Below, in pieces: positions 1 to 12,214 of a stretch of DNA of 64,000 nucleotides. Under the pieces are notes generated by a model. The model did not search any database and had not been told where the DNA came from. It saw only the letters and a list, made by a program, of their open reading frames with translations. Made by a program: the position numbers and the translations under genes. The stretch is from Octopus sinensis (Eukaryota): assembly GCF_006345805.1 (NCBI RefSeq), contig NC_043003.1:103974001-104038000 (forward strand). Reading direction: 5' to 3'. How positions within the stretch are numbered: the first letter of the stretch is position 1; each line of letters begins with the position of its first letter.

Positions 1-1232
1 TGTTGTGGCTAACTTATCAAATTTCTTGAAGACACCACCTGAGTCACTGATGGCAGCTCATAAGTGGATGTTATCTAACTTGAATTTGCTAAAGTCTTCA
101 ATTCAGTACCATACTTATGGTAAAATTCTCTGCAACGGGTGTGAAAGATGATCTTTATAACTGGTTGAAGTCCTTCATTCTTGGTCAAGAAGAGGTAGTC
201 ATAGTTTTATGACAACATTCTTCACCCTATGAGATGGCATCTGGTGTACCATAGATATTCGTTCTTAGACCCTTGTTGCTTGTTACATATATTAATGACA
301 CAGATGCCAGCTTGAAGAATGTTACAGAGCTGAAATATGTAAATGACACCAAGCTGTAACTTGAGATAAAAAGAACAGATCCTATCTACTATAGATCTTT
401 CCTACAATTGGATCTGGATACAGTGCAGCAATAGATTAGTGACTGGCAACTCAAGTTAGCTGTGGGACAAGTGTACCACCCTGCATTTTGGGAGGAAAAT
501 CCCAGCTTTTACATACTCCCTGTACAACACCAATCTTAAGAAATCTGCTACTGAATGTTATCTGGGCATTATTGTTAACGACAATTTGTGTTGGACAAAC
601 TGCATCTCTAAAATTGTCAAGAAGGCCAAGGGTGTTTTAGCATCTCTCAGTAAGACTTTTGTCAGCTATTCTTATGGCTATGGTATGTCCATACTTAGAG
701 TTTGCATCACCAGTCTGGAACCCCTGTCTTGCTTAGTATATCAATCTCCTGAAAACCATTCAGAAACTTGCAACCAGATGAACACCTATCATCAGACACC
801 TACCATGTCTTGGTTCCCTTGGCATGGACACACCAAAGCTCCAACATGTGGTAACTGATGTGGTAGACACCCACAAGCTTATCTACTATCTTTCCAACAA
901 CAACCTTTGGACACCTTTTTGAATTCCATTTATCTTAACACTCATGGACATGCTTACAAAATCCAAAAGCAACACAGACCCATAACTTTCAGAAACATCA
1001 GGATTGCTGAAGCATGGAATAAACTACCTGCATCAGTAGTTGGCTGTCAGGACACTGCGTCCTTCAAAACTTCACCAATAGTATGCCTGATGCCCCCCAC
1101 TTTTTTTTTAATTAACAGCTTGTTTACTTTTTACTTCCTGTGCACTATTCTATGTACTGCTCATATACTTTTGACTACTTTTTCTGATGAGTTGTAGTGC
1201 ACCTGAGCACTGTATACAATAACTTCATTCAT
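1..1232 (+). mobile_element. Degraded CR1-group LINE: reverse transcriptase fragment plus 3' tail
   Basis: Manual translation across stops and frameshifts gives CR1 RT motifs: VDVI*LEFAKVFNSVP, SGVP*IFVLRPLLLVTYIND, YVNDTKL, AEAWNKLPASVV. It ends in gatgagttgtagtgcacctgagcactgtatacaata, a tail shared with the copy near 10150-10210. Confidence 0.85.
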
Positions 1233-1741
1233 CCATAACAGTTCTTCAGTTCCTTAATCAGCACAATATTACCTTCATTCTCATTCAGTTTATTTGGATC
1301 TTCCAATTGGTCCTTCCAATTGGTACAGATTTAGACAACTGTGAAGTTCACACTCTTCACAGGGTTATGCGCTTCTTAATGAAGATTTCTAACATATGAC
1401 ATGCCTATTCTCTGGGCAAGTCTTTTCCTTTATTTCTATCTTTCCGTAGTCTCCATCTCTTCCTCATTACCACAAAATGACGGCAAAGTCAACCTTGGCA
1501 GGAACTCAGAATGCAATGATAATGATTTATTTTATTACCACACGGGAGATGGAGGACATTACAAATTACAAAATGATGTGGGTGGGAGTTAGACTGAATG
1601 TGAAAAGCAACAACAAATAGAAATAAATAAATATGTGTCCTAAAAATGAGGAAAAAATTACCAAAAGCCACCCAGGAAATTCTGCAGATTAAAGATTTAG
1701 TTCACTCTCCAAGTTGTAGTCCCCAGTCTACACCTGAATGT

Positions 1742-1960
1742 TTAAACCTCTGGCATCCAGACTACTCTATTAAATGTAAGACATATTTATTCCCATTGTT
1801 TTGAATTGACCATGCATTATCTCACATCTTTGAGATTTTGGTGATGTGATTATTTATTTTTAGAATCACATTGTAGAAGAGGTGGGATATGGCCAGTCTG
1901 AACACAAAATAGGTGGAATATTTGGGCCAATTATGGCCAGTTTAAATGCTAAAGGATTAA
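1742..1960. mobile_element. Degraded piggyBac-like MITE
   Basis: Ends ttaaacctctggcat...atgctaaaggattaa resemble TTAA-CCC...GGG-TTAA termini; ~220 bp, non-coding. Confidence 0.45.
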
Positions 1961-3370
1961 AGTAAGCCCACTCAACCATACTCACTACTCCCATCCATGT
2001 AATTTACTAGAGAGAGCCACTTCTTCCTTCACAACCTTTTTTACAAGTGATACTTGAAAAGATTAATAAGGGCTTAGCCAAAAAGGAAAAGCCCAGTCCT
2101 TAGCCTTTTCATCCAAGATTCTTCTTTTTCTTCTTCTCATAGACAAGACAACGGAAAACTGTGCTTCTCTGCCAAAGGAAAGTGTTAAGACAATAATAGC
2201 AATGGACTCAGCAAAGAGTGTGGCATGCTACAACAGCTGTTTGATGTAAATCCACAAATCAGCAACATGTCTGTGGAGAAGTTTTACAGCTTCTTGCATA
2301 CCACAGATAAGCTTTGCTAATTGCAGTACATGAGAAGTTTATCCCAAATTGATAATGCTACTAATCCACCATAGCCAAGGGTTATTGAAAGTTAATCCTT
2401 AATCTTAAGTTATCTGAACAATTTTCATCTACATTTCACAGAGAGAGTATTAGTCAACCTGAAGCTGCGGTGGAAAATACTTGCCCAATAAATTATTCAG
2501 TAAACTGAACTCAGAACCACAAAGTCCCAGAGGGAACTTTTTAACCATGTAGCCATACCCATCTGACTTTTCAAGGATAGCTTCTTCTCAGTTCATTTTT
2601 GGCCAATACTGGCCACTGTCTTTGACCTTGTCCCAGTGAGTGTTCCTTTATAGAGTACAGCAACAACATGCTGGATGACATGGACTTACATTTCCAGGTA
2701 TCAAGTTCCAAACCTACCTCTAGTTGATGTAGTCCCTTGTTAACTAACCCCTCAAATTGTTTCAGTAAAATGCTGACTCCCATCAGTTTTCAAGATGTTT
2801 GAATGCATAATAATGGTATAGGTTATGTGAACAGACATGGCCCTCCCATATTTCAGTTTGGATGCCACTTAAGGTCAAATACTGACATCAGTGGTATCAG
2901 CTACCTGCCTCCTTCAAAACTGCTGTTTTGTGCCTAAATTAGAAACCTTCATTATTAGCGCTGGTGTGTCAAAAATTAAACCCTCAATTTATTTTTCAAT
3001 TTAAGTTTTTTTTTATTAAAGACAATCAACTAAGAAATTAGATTTCCTTTTATTACAGTTCTGATAATCTCAGTAAAAGAGTAAAAGAGTAAGAGTATGC
3101 CAGGCAAAATGTTAAGCAGCATTTTGTCTGTCTTTATGTTCTGAGTTCAAATTCTGCAAAGGTCGACTTTGCTTTTCATATTCTCAGAGCTGATAAAATA
3201 AGAACCAACTGAGCATCGAGGTCAGTGTACTTGACTTGAACCTCCCCTGAAATTGCTGGCCTTGTGCTAAAAATTTGAAACCAATAATTCTGCTAAATCT
3301 TTAGCTTGGCATTCTTTTCTCTGTTGCTGGAGCCATAGTTAAAATTTTATTTTATTGTATTTTTATGTAG

Positions 3371-3467
3371 GTTTTATGCAAGGACATTGCAAATGGGAGG
3401 TGCCGACTGTCTCCATTAGGAAATAGTTGGATTAAAGGAAGTAGTTTAGTAGAACAGTAGCAAGCAG
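3371..3467 (+). other. Candidate exon (97 nt) with an in-frame TAG near its 3' end; UTR, non-coding or edited
   Basis: Acceptor ttttattgtatttttatgtag and donor CAG|gtaagg. Frame 0 reads VLCKDIANGRCRLSPLGNSWIKGSSLVEQ*QA; the other two frames are also closed. Confidence 0.35.
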
Positions 3468-3546
3468 GTAAGGTACTGGAGGACTTCACTGAAAGCAGCA
3501 GTGTAGCTGTGAATTATAATTATGTATGTTGTACAAGTGTATGGGA

Positions 3547-3598
3547 TGTGTGTGTGTCTGCGTGCATGTGTGTGTGCTTCTATGAGTGGCTTGTACTT

Positions 3599-3640
<42 letters not shown>

Positions 3641-3802
3641 TGTTTGATTAATTGGATGGGAGAGTTTGTCAAGGAGAGCGAGAGAGAGAGAGAGAGAGAA
3701 AGAGAGTATGTAGAGAGAAGACAACTGAAAGGTTATAGAGAAAAAAAAGCATGCAAACAATGGAAGGTGGAGGAAGAATAAAGAGAAGTTAGTGGTAAAC
3801 AG

Positions 3803-3863
<61 letters not shown>

Positions 3864-4130
3864 AAGATTGCCAAGTGAGATATTAAGAAAAATAGATAGA
3901 TAGATAGATAGCTCAACTGATAGATAGACAGAGAAAAGTAGGTGGAGAAAGATAGGGAGAAAAATGGAGAGAGGGAGAGAAAAAAGATTGCATATGAGAG
4001 ACAGAGAAAACAGATAGATACAAAGATAGATAGAGAGAGAGAGAGAGGGAGGGAGGGAAAGTACAGACATATGGTAGCTAAGTGATAGATAGGGAAAAAA
4101 TAAAAGCAAAAACAGAATTTGTATAAGTGA
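3547..4130. repeat. Compound microsatellite (TG)n, (AG)n, (ATAG)n
   Basis: Directly visible; explains ORFs 3446..3916 and 3789..4238. Confidence 0.95.
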
Positions 4131-4342
4131 GAAAGACAGAAGGGAAGAGAAGAACAGACGGAGGGTGAGGAAAACTAATGAGTGATGGGGGTGGGGGTGG
4201 GGATGGAATAATGAGTGATAGAGGCAGAGACAATACAATAGTTCATATTATTTCATAGATCGAGTGAGTGTTTATTTAGTTTACACTTATCACACCATCT
4301 GGACTCTCTCGCATTTATTCTGAGTTGGTTGCTCTCTTTCAG

Positions 4343-4416
4343 TTCACAGAGGAAGTTTTTTGTCAACCTTCAACAAGTTTTACTTTTCATACTGGATGGT
4401 TAAATTCATAAGAAAG
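4343..4416 (+). CDS. Candidate exon (74 nt), HRGSFLSTFNKFYFSYWMVKFIRK; possible start ATG at 4396
   Basis: Acceptor gctctctttcag and donor AAG|gtatgt; one open frame (phase 1 to 0). No homology recognised. Confidence 0.35.
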
Positions 4417-4437
4417 GTATGTGAATCATTATTATTA

Positions 4438-4474
<37 letters not shown>

Positions 4475-4482
4475 CATCATCA

Positions 4483-5174
4483 TGGTGAGCAGGCAGAATC
4501 ATTAGGGCAAAATGCTTAGCAGCATTTCGTCCATTTTTTATGTTCTGAATTCAAATTCTGCTGGAGTCAACTTTGCTTTTCATCCTTTCAGGGTCGATAA
4601 ATTAAGTACCTCTCAAGTACTAGGGTCATTGTGATCAACTTACCCTGTCCCCACAAATTTCAGGCCTTGTGCCTATAGTAGAAAGGATTATTATTATTAT
4701 TATGGCAAGCTGGCAGAAACATTACTGTGCCTGGCCAAATGCTTAGCAGCATTTCAGCGATCTCTATGTTCTGAGTTCAAATTCTGCCAAGGTCAACTTT
4801 ATCTTTCACCCTTGAGCATTGGGGTCGATGTAATCTACTTCTCCCCTTCCCTGAAATTGCTAGTCTTGAAATTTGAAATCATCATCATCATCATTATTAT
4901 TATCATTATGGTGACAAGCTGTCAGAGTCACTTCTGTGCTGAGCAAAATGCTTAGAAGCATTTCTTCCTACTTTTTACATTCTGAGTTCAAATTCTGCTG
5001 AGGTTGACTTTGTCTTTCATCCTTTCGGGGTTGATAAAAACAAGTACCAGCTGAGGACTGGGGCCAATATAATCAACTTATTCCAGCTTTGACCAGTAAC
5101 TAACTCTATATAGATCTCAAATGTAGTCTTCAATGAATACTAAAATTGCTGGCCTTTTGTCAAAATTTGAAATT

Positions 5175-5209
<35 letters not shown>

Positions 5210-5870
5210 TATTATTATTATCATTATTATTATTATATTATTATTATTATTATTATTATATGGTCTTCATGTTCTGAGTTCAAGTTCTGCTGAGGTTGAC
5301 TTTGTCTTCCATCCTTTCAGGGCAATATAATATATATCAGTTGAACACTGGAGTCAATGTAACCAACTACCCTCCTCTCCCCAAAATTTCAGGCTTTGTG
5401 CATATAGTAGAAAGGATTGTTGTTGTTGTTATTAAGGTGGTGAGCTGACAGAATTGTTAGCATGCCAGACAAAATGCTTCGTGGCACTTCATCCATCTTT
5501 ATATTCTGCATTTCTGAGTTCAAATTCTGCTGAGGTTGACTTCATGCTTTTGGATTCAATAAAATAAGTACCAGTTGAGCACTGGGGTTGATGAAATCAA
5601 CCAGTGCCTACCCACAAAATTTCAAGCCTCATGCTTATAGTAGAAAGGACTATTATTATTATCATTATGCAAGGCAGTGATCCGGCAGAATCATTTGTGA
5701 ATCTGACAAAATGCTGCTAAGCATTTCTTCTGGCTCTTTACATTCTGAGTTCAAATTCCACTGAGGCTGACTTTGCCTTTCACCCTTTCAGTGTCAATAA
5801 AATAACAGTTAAGTACTATGATTCATGTAATCAACAAACTCCTTCAAAATTGCAGGCCTTGTACCAAAAT
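4483..5870 (+). mobile_element. Head-to-tail cluster of about 6 tRNA-headed SINEs (here family A) separated by (ATT/ATC)n
   Basis: Repeated ggtgagctggcagaa...gttctgagttcaaattctgc...gactttgcctttcatcc...ataagtaccag units with pol III A/B-box-like motifs, starting near 4483, 4703, 4909, 5205 (partial), 5437 and 5672. Confidence 0.85.
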
Positions 5871-6884
5871 AGTGTTCTGACACACTATTTTTATTTGTAT
5901 TCATATGAAATTGTATGTATGATTGCATATGTGTGTGTGACTTGTATTTGCATGTCTCTGCAATATGAACTTCATCCGACAGTAGAAACACCTAAGTCAA
6001 CATAATTACATTGCTGCCAACACCCACACTTAGTTACTTTTATCAACATAATTACAATTAACAACAGTATACAGAGAACCAGCAGAACCAGTGAATCTAC
6101 ATTAAAGGCTTTAGGTTTTGTTATTGTAGCTTGTATTATATAGTCAATAAAGGTTTAGTTTTGGTCCAAGCATAACCAAAAGAAATAAGAAAAACAATTG
6201 TCACATATATAGGGGATAATGAGATCTTGTGATGTTCATGCTTTTCTCATTGGGATTAATGATTTAAGAAAACTGGCTGTATGAAAGATATCTGATCACA
6301 AGGAAATAAAGGTCTCTTACTTTAGCAAACTACTCCAAAATTACAGGGGAGGTTGATAAGGGTTTATGTCATTCATGTCTTTTCCATTTGGGTTAACAAC
6401 GTACAGGAATTGACTAATGAAACTTCATGTGACACTAAGATTATTTAGTTTGATTTGTAAAGACACTGTGATCAGATCCCACTGGAGTTGACTTAGCTTT
6501 CAGTACTTCTAGAGTGGGGAAATATTGATAAAATATATAGACTAATAAAATATATAGACTGCGGCTGATATAACATGACCAAATCTGTTTTCAAAAAATT
6601 AAGCTTCTTCAAATTCAGAAGATATTCCAGCTTTGATCAGTAACTAACTCTATATAGATCTCAAATGTAGTCTTCACTGAATACTTCCCATATATCTGGG
6701 ATGCTATGACTGTTAAACACATTAACATCCTAGACAGCATCCAGAAGAAGACTGTTTGGCTGACTGGAAGATTCATTCAAAACAGACTACATCCCTTGAT
6801 ACAGAAACATACAGGGTTTTTTTCTCTCCTTGCTCCTTTTATTGTTAACACAATGGCTTTCTTCCTTCCTCTAAACTAACAATA

Positions 6885-7570
6885 CAAGGTAGTATCAAAA
6901 AGTTCCTGGACTAGTTATGTTTGATAAAAAATAACTTATTTACCTAAGTTTTAATATCATCTCCCTCGAAATACTCACCTTGCACAGCAATACACTGGTC
7001 TTAGAGTTCCTGCCACTTTTGGAATCTGGCATGGAAGTTGTTTTCCATAAGCGAGTCTCGGACTTTTTGCAATTTGCTCTGGATCTCAATAATGGTGTTA
7101 AAACAGCGACCTTTGAGCCGCATTATCATCTTGGGGAAGAGATGGAAGCCTCTAGATACAAAATCTGGTGAATAAGATAGGTGCAGAAGCAATACCACGT
7201 TGTTTTTGGTGAGAAGCTCACAAGCAAGGATAGTTTGTCGATAGGGTACATTGTCATCATGAAGAATCCACAGATCCAGTCTCTTTCACCAAATGTCCTA
7301 CCTCAAGCACTTCAAAATGTCACAGTAGAACTCGGAATTGACAATCTGGCCCTGGGGGATGAATTCTTGATGCACAATACCACATTTCCGGGGGTGACAC
7401 TTGTAGCAGGTCTTCCAGATTGCTCATCATCTTCCAAGGATGTTCTTCCACTTTTGAAGCATCGGAGCCACTCAAAACATTGCATATGGCCCATTGCCTC
7501 ATCACTGTAAGATTGCCAAAGCATGCACAATGTCTCTGTAGCAGTCCAGGAACTTTTTGATGCCACCTTG
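6885..7570 (-). mobile_element. Internally deleted mariner element with intact TIRs
   Basis: 28-bp TIRs caaggtagtatcaaaaagttcctggact / agtccaggaactttttgatgccaccttg (2 mismatches), flanked by TA at 6883-84 and 7571-72. Minus-strand transposase remnants include FEWLRCFKSGRTSLEDDEQSGRP and YSPDF...FHLFPKM...LKGRCF; the central part is missing. Confidence 0.92.
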
Positions 7571-7610
7571 TACTAGCCAAATACTGAAGTCAATGGTATT
7601 TTAGGGAGTT

Positions 7611-7846
7611 TTAAGGTGGCGAGCTGGCAGAAACATTAGCACACCAGGCGAAATGCTTAGTGGTATTTCGTCTGCCGCTACGTTCTGAGTTCAAATTCTG
7701 CCGAGGTCGACTTTGCCTTTCATCTTTTCGGGGTCGATAAATTAAGTACCAGTTATGCACTGGGGGTCGATATAATCGACTTAATCCTTTTGTCTGTCCT
7801 TGTTTGTCCTCTCTGTGTTTAGCCCCTTGTGGGTAGTAAAAAAATA
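7611..7846 (+). mobile_element. Young full-length family A SINE with TSD
   Basis: CpG-rich copy. 16-bp TSD ggtattttag(g/t)gagtt at 7595-7610 and 7847-7862. Confidence 0.9.
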
Positions 7847-8234
7847 GGTATTTTAGTGAGTTGGGTTGTTGTATGAATGTGGTTGATAATATAATGTCTT
7901 TTGATTAAAATAAGTCAAGGTGAATACCAATAAGAAAATACAAAGACAAGTTAAAATTTACTACACTGCAACATATATTTCTATTGCTAAAATGAATACA
8001 TCAACTGACACAACAAATGGAACTCTATCAAAAACTTTACATGGTTTCACAATGTTTCTCAAAATTGAAGTTAAATGTTAGAGGAAACACAAAACATAGT
8101 GTCAAAGGTTCCGGTTACAAATCTCTCCTTGCTGAAAACTCCAAATTGGTAAAAACTGATCTCATATCAAAGATCAAAGTTCACTCATAACAAATTCACC
8201 TGCCTCCTTCATTAGGTGGAAAATCATCCCTTAA

Positions 8235-8456
8235 CCCTTTCATTACTGTATTTATCTGTTGAGATGCTCTCTGTTTCTTTCAATTACTTTAAATATAACA
8301 AAGAATTTAGTAAAATAACTTAGTCATCATTCAACCAGTGTTAAGAACATAAATTGTAACTAAGGTTTGGTGGAAGATTTTAATTCAAAACTTATGAAAA
8401 CAAGACATTTATACTCAGAGCGAGAGCTGGTTTCAACCGAGTTGGTAACGAAAGGG
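8235..8456. mobile_element. piggyBac-like MITE
   Basis: TTAA TSDs at 8231-34 and 8457-60; 12-bp TIR ccctttcattac / gtaacgaaaggg. Related degraded copies lie near 17090-17310, 33740-33960, 45050-45265 and 63600-63820. Confidence 0.8.
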
Positions 8457-8837
8457 TTAAGTAACTGATGTAGAAATACTAGACTAGTCTATCATGTCAA
8501 AGGGTGGACCATCTGCATAAAACTAAATGGACTTGACCATCACATAATGAACCAAAAATAGGTAGCTAAAAGTAAAAATCTACAATGTGGGTAGCTAAAA
8601 GTAAAGAATAACCATGCTTCTGCTACAGTATCAACAAACTCTCTATTGAAAGGATTGTCAAAATTCAAGTCAGATTGAGTTTTGGAATTACTGTCTTCCT
8701 TGACAGGTCAGAATCAATGTTTGCATGTATATTAACGATACACCACACAGTGGGATTGAACTTAAAACTCCATGGTTGCAAAGCAAACTTCTTAACCTCA
8801 CAACCATGCCTGCATCCTAAACAACAACACTAACAGC

Positions 8838-8869
<32 letters not shown>

Positions 8870-8940
8870 AACCAATTGCTGCAACAATGAAAGCAACAGT
8901 TACAACAACAACAACAACAATGAAAGTAGTAGCAGTAGCA

Positions 8941-9300
8941 GTGGAGGCGCAATGGCCCAATGGTTAGGGCAGCGGACTCGCGGTCGGAGGATATTGGTTT
9001 CGATTCCCAGACTGGCCGTTGTGTGTGTTTATTGAGCGGAAACACCTAAAGCTCCACCAGGCTCCGGCAGGGGGTAGTGGCGACCCCTGTTGTACTCTTT
9101 TGCCCCAACTTTCTCTCACTCTTTCTTCCTGTTTCTTGTCCCCGACTTCCTACGCAACCGCTGAGCCTGGATGCGCATTCATCCATCCATCGATGCTCTC
9201 GGTGTTGGGCGTTGACCTGTTTTCTCTTCTGCGGGTCTTACAAATAGCAAAGGACCACGTTTTGGACTTCTCCTACTACTGGGATGAAGACCGCTTCGCT
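8941..9300 (+). mobile_element. tRNA-headed SINE (here family C) inserted in a (CAA)n tract
   Basis: Head gtggaggcgcaatggcccaatggttagggcagcggactcg...gtttcgattccc; (CAA)n on both sides; the same head recurs at 19195 (-) and about 44500 (-). Confidence 0.85.
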
Positions 9301-9564
9301 CAGCAACAACAACAACAACAACAGAAGCAGCAACAAACATAATTAATGATGGTAATGACTGTGGGTATTGTTGCTATCAAGTAGTACAAACAAAGTGTTT
9401 CCTTGCTTGCTTCAGGCTAAAGGTAGATGAAAAGACATCATCATCATCATCATCACCTCCACCATCTTTATTATTTTTGCAGTTTTTTTATTCCTAGTAT
9501 AAATTGTGGTAGAGGACAAACTCCAGACAACATGTCTTCCAGTATTAAATTCTTTTATATTCAT

Positions 9565-10040
9565 CATCATCATTTAACGTCCGTTTTCCATGCTAGCATG
9601 GGTTGGACGATTTGACCGGGGTCTGGGAAGCCAGGAGGCTGCACCAGGCACTAGTCTGATCTGGCAGTGTTTCTACAGCTGGATGCCCTTCCTAACGTCA
9701 ACCACTCTGTGAGTGTAGTGGGAGCTTTTTACGTGCCCCCGGCACATGTGCCAGGGGAGACTGGCAATGGCCACGATCGGTTGGCGCTATTTACATGCCA
9801 CCGGAACTGGCATCGGCCACGTTCGGATGGTGCCTTTTATGTGCCACCGGCACAAGTATCACAACTACAATTTCCATTTGATTTTTTGATGTTGATGTAC
9901 TTGGATTCAATAGGTCTCCTCAAGTACAGCAGGTTGCCCTACGATCCAAGGTAAGTACAGCAGGCCGTCCTGCGATCCAAGGCACTTTGGATGGGCTGGG
10001 GCTTCTATGTGAAGCTGGTGCAGGAAACAGCCATGATTCC
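9565..10040 (-). mobile_element. Repeat with RTE-like (GAT)n tail (here family D)
   Basis: catcatcatttaacgtccgttttccatgctagcatgggttggac...ctggatgcccttcctaac; near-identical copies at 15255, 17325, 20182 and 22923. Confidence 0.85.
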
Positions 10041-10046
10041 CATGAC

Positions 10047-10206
10047 TTTCGGAAACATTTTTTCACGCTCAGAGTTGCTGCATCAGTTGTTGACTGCCAT
10101 GACACTGCATCTTTTAAGGCCCTCATGCTTTCCGAAATCCGCCGAAACTACACCTGATTATATATACACTTTAGATGAGTTGTAGTGCACCTGAGCACTG
10201 TACACA

Positions 10207-10257
<51 letters not shown>
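10047..10257 (+). mobile_element. 5'-truncated CR1 3' end with (ATT)n tail
   Basis: Matches the 960-1232 end of the first CR1 copy (gcatcagt..ttg..tg.ca.gacactgc..tc.tt.aa; gatgagttgtagtgcacctgagcactgta). Confidence 0.8.
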
Positions 10258-10258
<1 letters not shown>

Positions 10259-10519
10259 TGAGTTCAAATTATACTTGGGATTAACTTTTATGTTTTTGTT
10301 TCTCTTTTTCTTTTTATGCTCAATAACACAAATCTCAGATGGTAGTAGCAGTGGTGATAGTGGTGGTGGTGGTTGATTTGACTGTTTTCCTCCTGAATTT
10401 TATGGCCTTGGGCCAAATTTAGAAATTAATATTGACAGGTGAATGCCACCAAATGGCGAAATGCCAATCTAAATGCATTGCAGTGTTTAGCTACATTTTT
10501 CACCATTCAAAATTCAAAC

Positions 10520-10577
10520 CTTGCTGGTGCTGACTTTGCTTCCAGAGTTGAAGGTGCTTATCTTTGTGATTAATATC
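10520..10577 (-). CDS. Candidate exon, DINHKDKHLQLWKQSQHQQ (58 nt; alternative acceptor gives 10520-10584)
   Basis: Acceptor ttttatgctcattagccattag and donor AAG|gtttga; open frame; no homology recognised. Confidence 0.3.
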
Positions 10578-11149
10578 CTAATGGCTAATGAGCATAAAAT
10601 TAAAACTTCCATAAAGCATAATGTAAGCATGCACACACACACACACACACACACACACCACACACACACACACACACACACCACACACACACACACACAC
10701 ACAGAGGTTTCTTTAATTTTCTGTCTACCAAATTCACTCACAAGCCTTTGGTCAGTCTGGGACAAGAGTAAAACACACTAGCCTAAAGTGGCATGCAATG
10801 GGACTGAACTTGAAACCATGTGGTTTGGAAGCAAATATCTTATCAACACAGTCATATGAGGCACAGAATGTGCCTCATATGTATGAAATCAGTGTTTTTT
10901 TTTTCCTTTTGTTTATCTCTAACATTGGTAAATAGTGAAATCAGCAGAGCTGCAGACAAAAGAACCTTACTGTATTTAGTGATATAACCATAGGCTCCAA
11001 GTTCAAACCCATTTTGAGACTTGCTATCCACTCATATGAATTCTTGCTTTTAGTATGTTTTAGAAATGAATCATGTTATAAATTGAGGGTGCATAGCTCA
11101 AAGATAAGGGTTGTCTCTCTGGGTTGAACTACTTTTTTCTCTGCATTGA

Positions 11150-11300
11150 GAAGTCACGGCTCTGGTACGACAGACATTTGATTAGAATATTGCAGGAAAT
11201 AATTGCAAAATAGATTCTTCAAGCTGTGCCAACAAGAAGGCGGACTGTGATGGTTGGATAATATCCATCGTCTCAGCTGGTCATGCTTGGGAATCCAGCC
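11150..11300 (+). mobile_element. RTE LINE 3' fragment
   Basis: Degenerate LWYDRHLIRI...AK*ILQAVPTRRR...WLDNI, resembling the RTE post-RT segment. Confidence 0.55.
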
Positions 11301-11334
11301 GGAAAGTGTAATGATGGTGGCTTCTGATAGGAAT

Positions 11335-11529
11335 TTGAGAAAGAGGGAAAAACCTACTCGTTGAAACAAAACTCCAGAAGAAAACAAAAATTTTCAGACA
11401 GTGACCGTTGGTCACTTACACAAATTGTTAGAAAGGATCACAAAAGTACAGCTCCCAAAATTACTGCAGAGCTTAATGACCACCCTGAGAACCCAGTTTC
11501 CACAAAAACTGTTCGCTGGGAGCTACAAC
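11335..11529 (+). mobile_element. Tc1 transposase N-terminal fragment
   Basis: Open frame FEKEGKTYSLKQNSRRKQKFSDSDRWSLTQIVRKDHKSTAPKITAELNDHPENPVSTKTVRWELQ, typical of the Tc1 HTH region. Confidence 0.8.
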
Positions 11530-11736
11530 AGCTACAATAACAACAACAGCAATGAAAGTAGCAGCAATTTGGTTTCTCAGGATTAGAGTGGGTGGTATGG
11601 ATGGATGGATGGATGGATATGCTGAGGTTAAACTCAATTCCCTAAAATCTAAAACTGTCTTTCCTGCGCAAAAAAATAAACTTGATTAAAAATGATCATT
11701 AACTGTTTTTCTGTTTTTGCTTCAGAGAATAATTAG

Positions 11737-12005
11737 GCGTAGGAGTGGCTGTGTGGTAAGTAGCTAGCTTACGAACCACCTGGTCCTGGGTTCAGTCCCA
11801 CTGCGTGGCACCTTGGGCAAGTGTCTTCTACTATAGCCTTGGGCCGACCAAAGCCTTGTGAGTGAATTTGGTAGATGGAAACTGAAAGAAGCCTGTCACA
11901 TATATGTATATATATATGTATGTATGTGTATGTGTATGTTTGTATGTATATATAGATATTAAATGCTGCTGCTGCTGATATATATATATATTTGATAGGC
12001 TTCTT
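11737..12005 (+). mobile_element. tRNA-headed SINE (here family B) with internal (TA/TG)n
   Basis: ggcgtaggagtggctgtgtggtaag...gggttcagtcccactgcgtggcaccttgggcaagtgtcttctactatagcc. Other copies near 10703-10855(-), 12815-13170(-), 25460-25935(-), 42290-42655(-), 45655-45960(-), 46630-46915(-), 50720-51170(-) and 51810-52110(+). Confidence 0.85.
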
Positions 12006-12214
12006 TCAGTTTCCATCTTATACATTCTTTCACAGAGTATTGGTTGACTTAGGGTTTTAGTACAAGGCACTTGCTGAAGGTGGCACACAACCATATGTAT
12101 CAGGTAAAAACCATGCAGCTGTCAACAGCCCAGTCCATCATTAGAGACTAATGAGATGTATACAGTTCAGAAGTACTTGAAGCTGATGTCATTGTATACT
12201 GAGTATTTTATTAG

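Noticed and set aside
3446-4238. Long ORFs (156 and 149 aa), and similar poly-I, poly-Y, HT, CV and poly-T ORFs elsewhere
   Set aside because: They are translations of microsatellites that lack stop codons.
8941-9015. tRNA-like sequences (also at 7612, 11737 and about 40500)
   Set aside because: They are SINE heads continuing into repeat bodies; no proper acceptor stem or cloverleaf.
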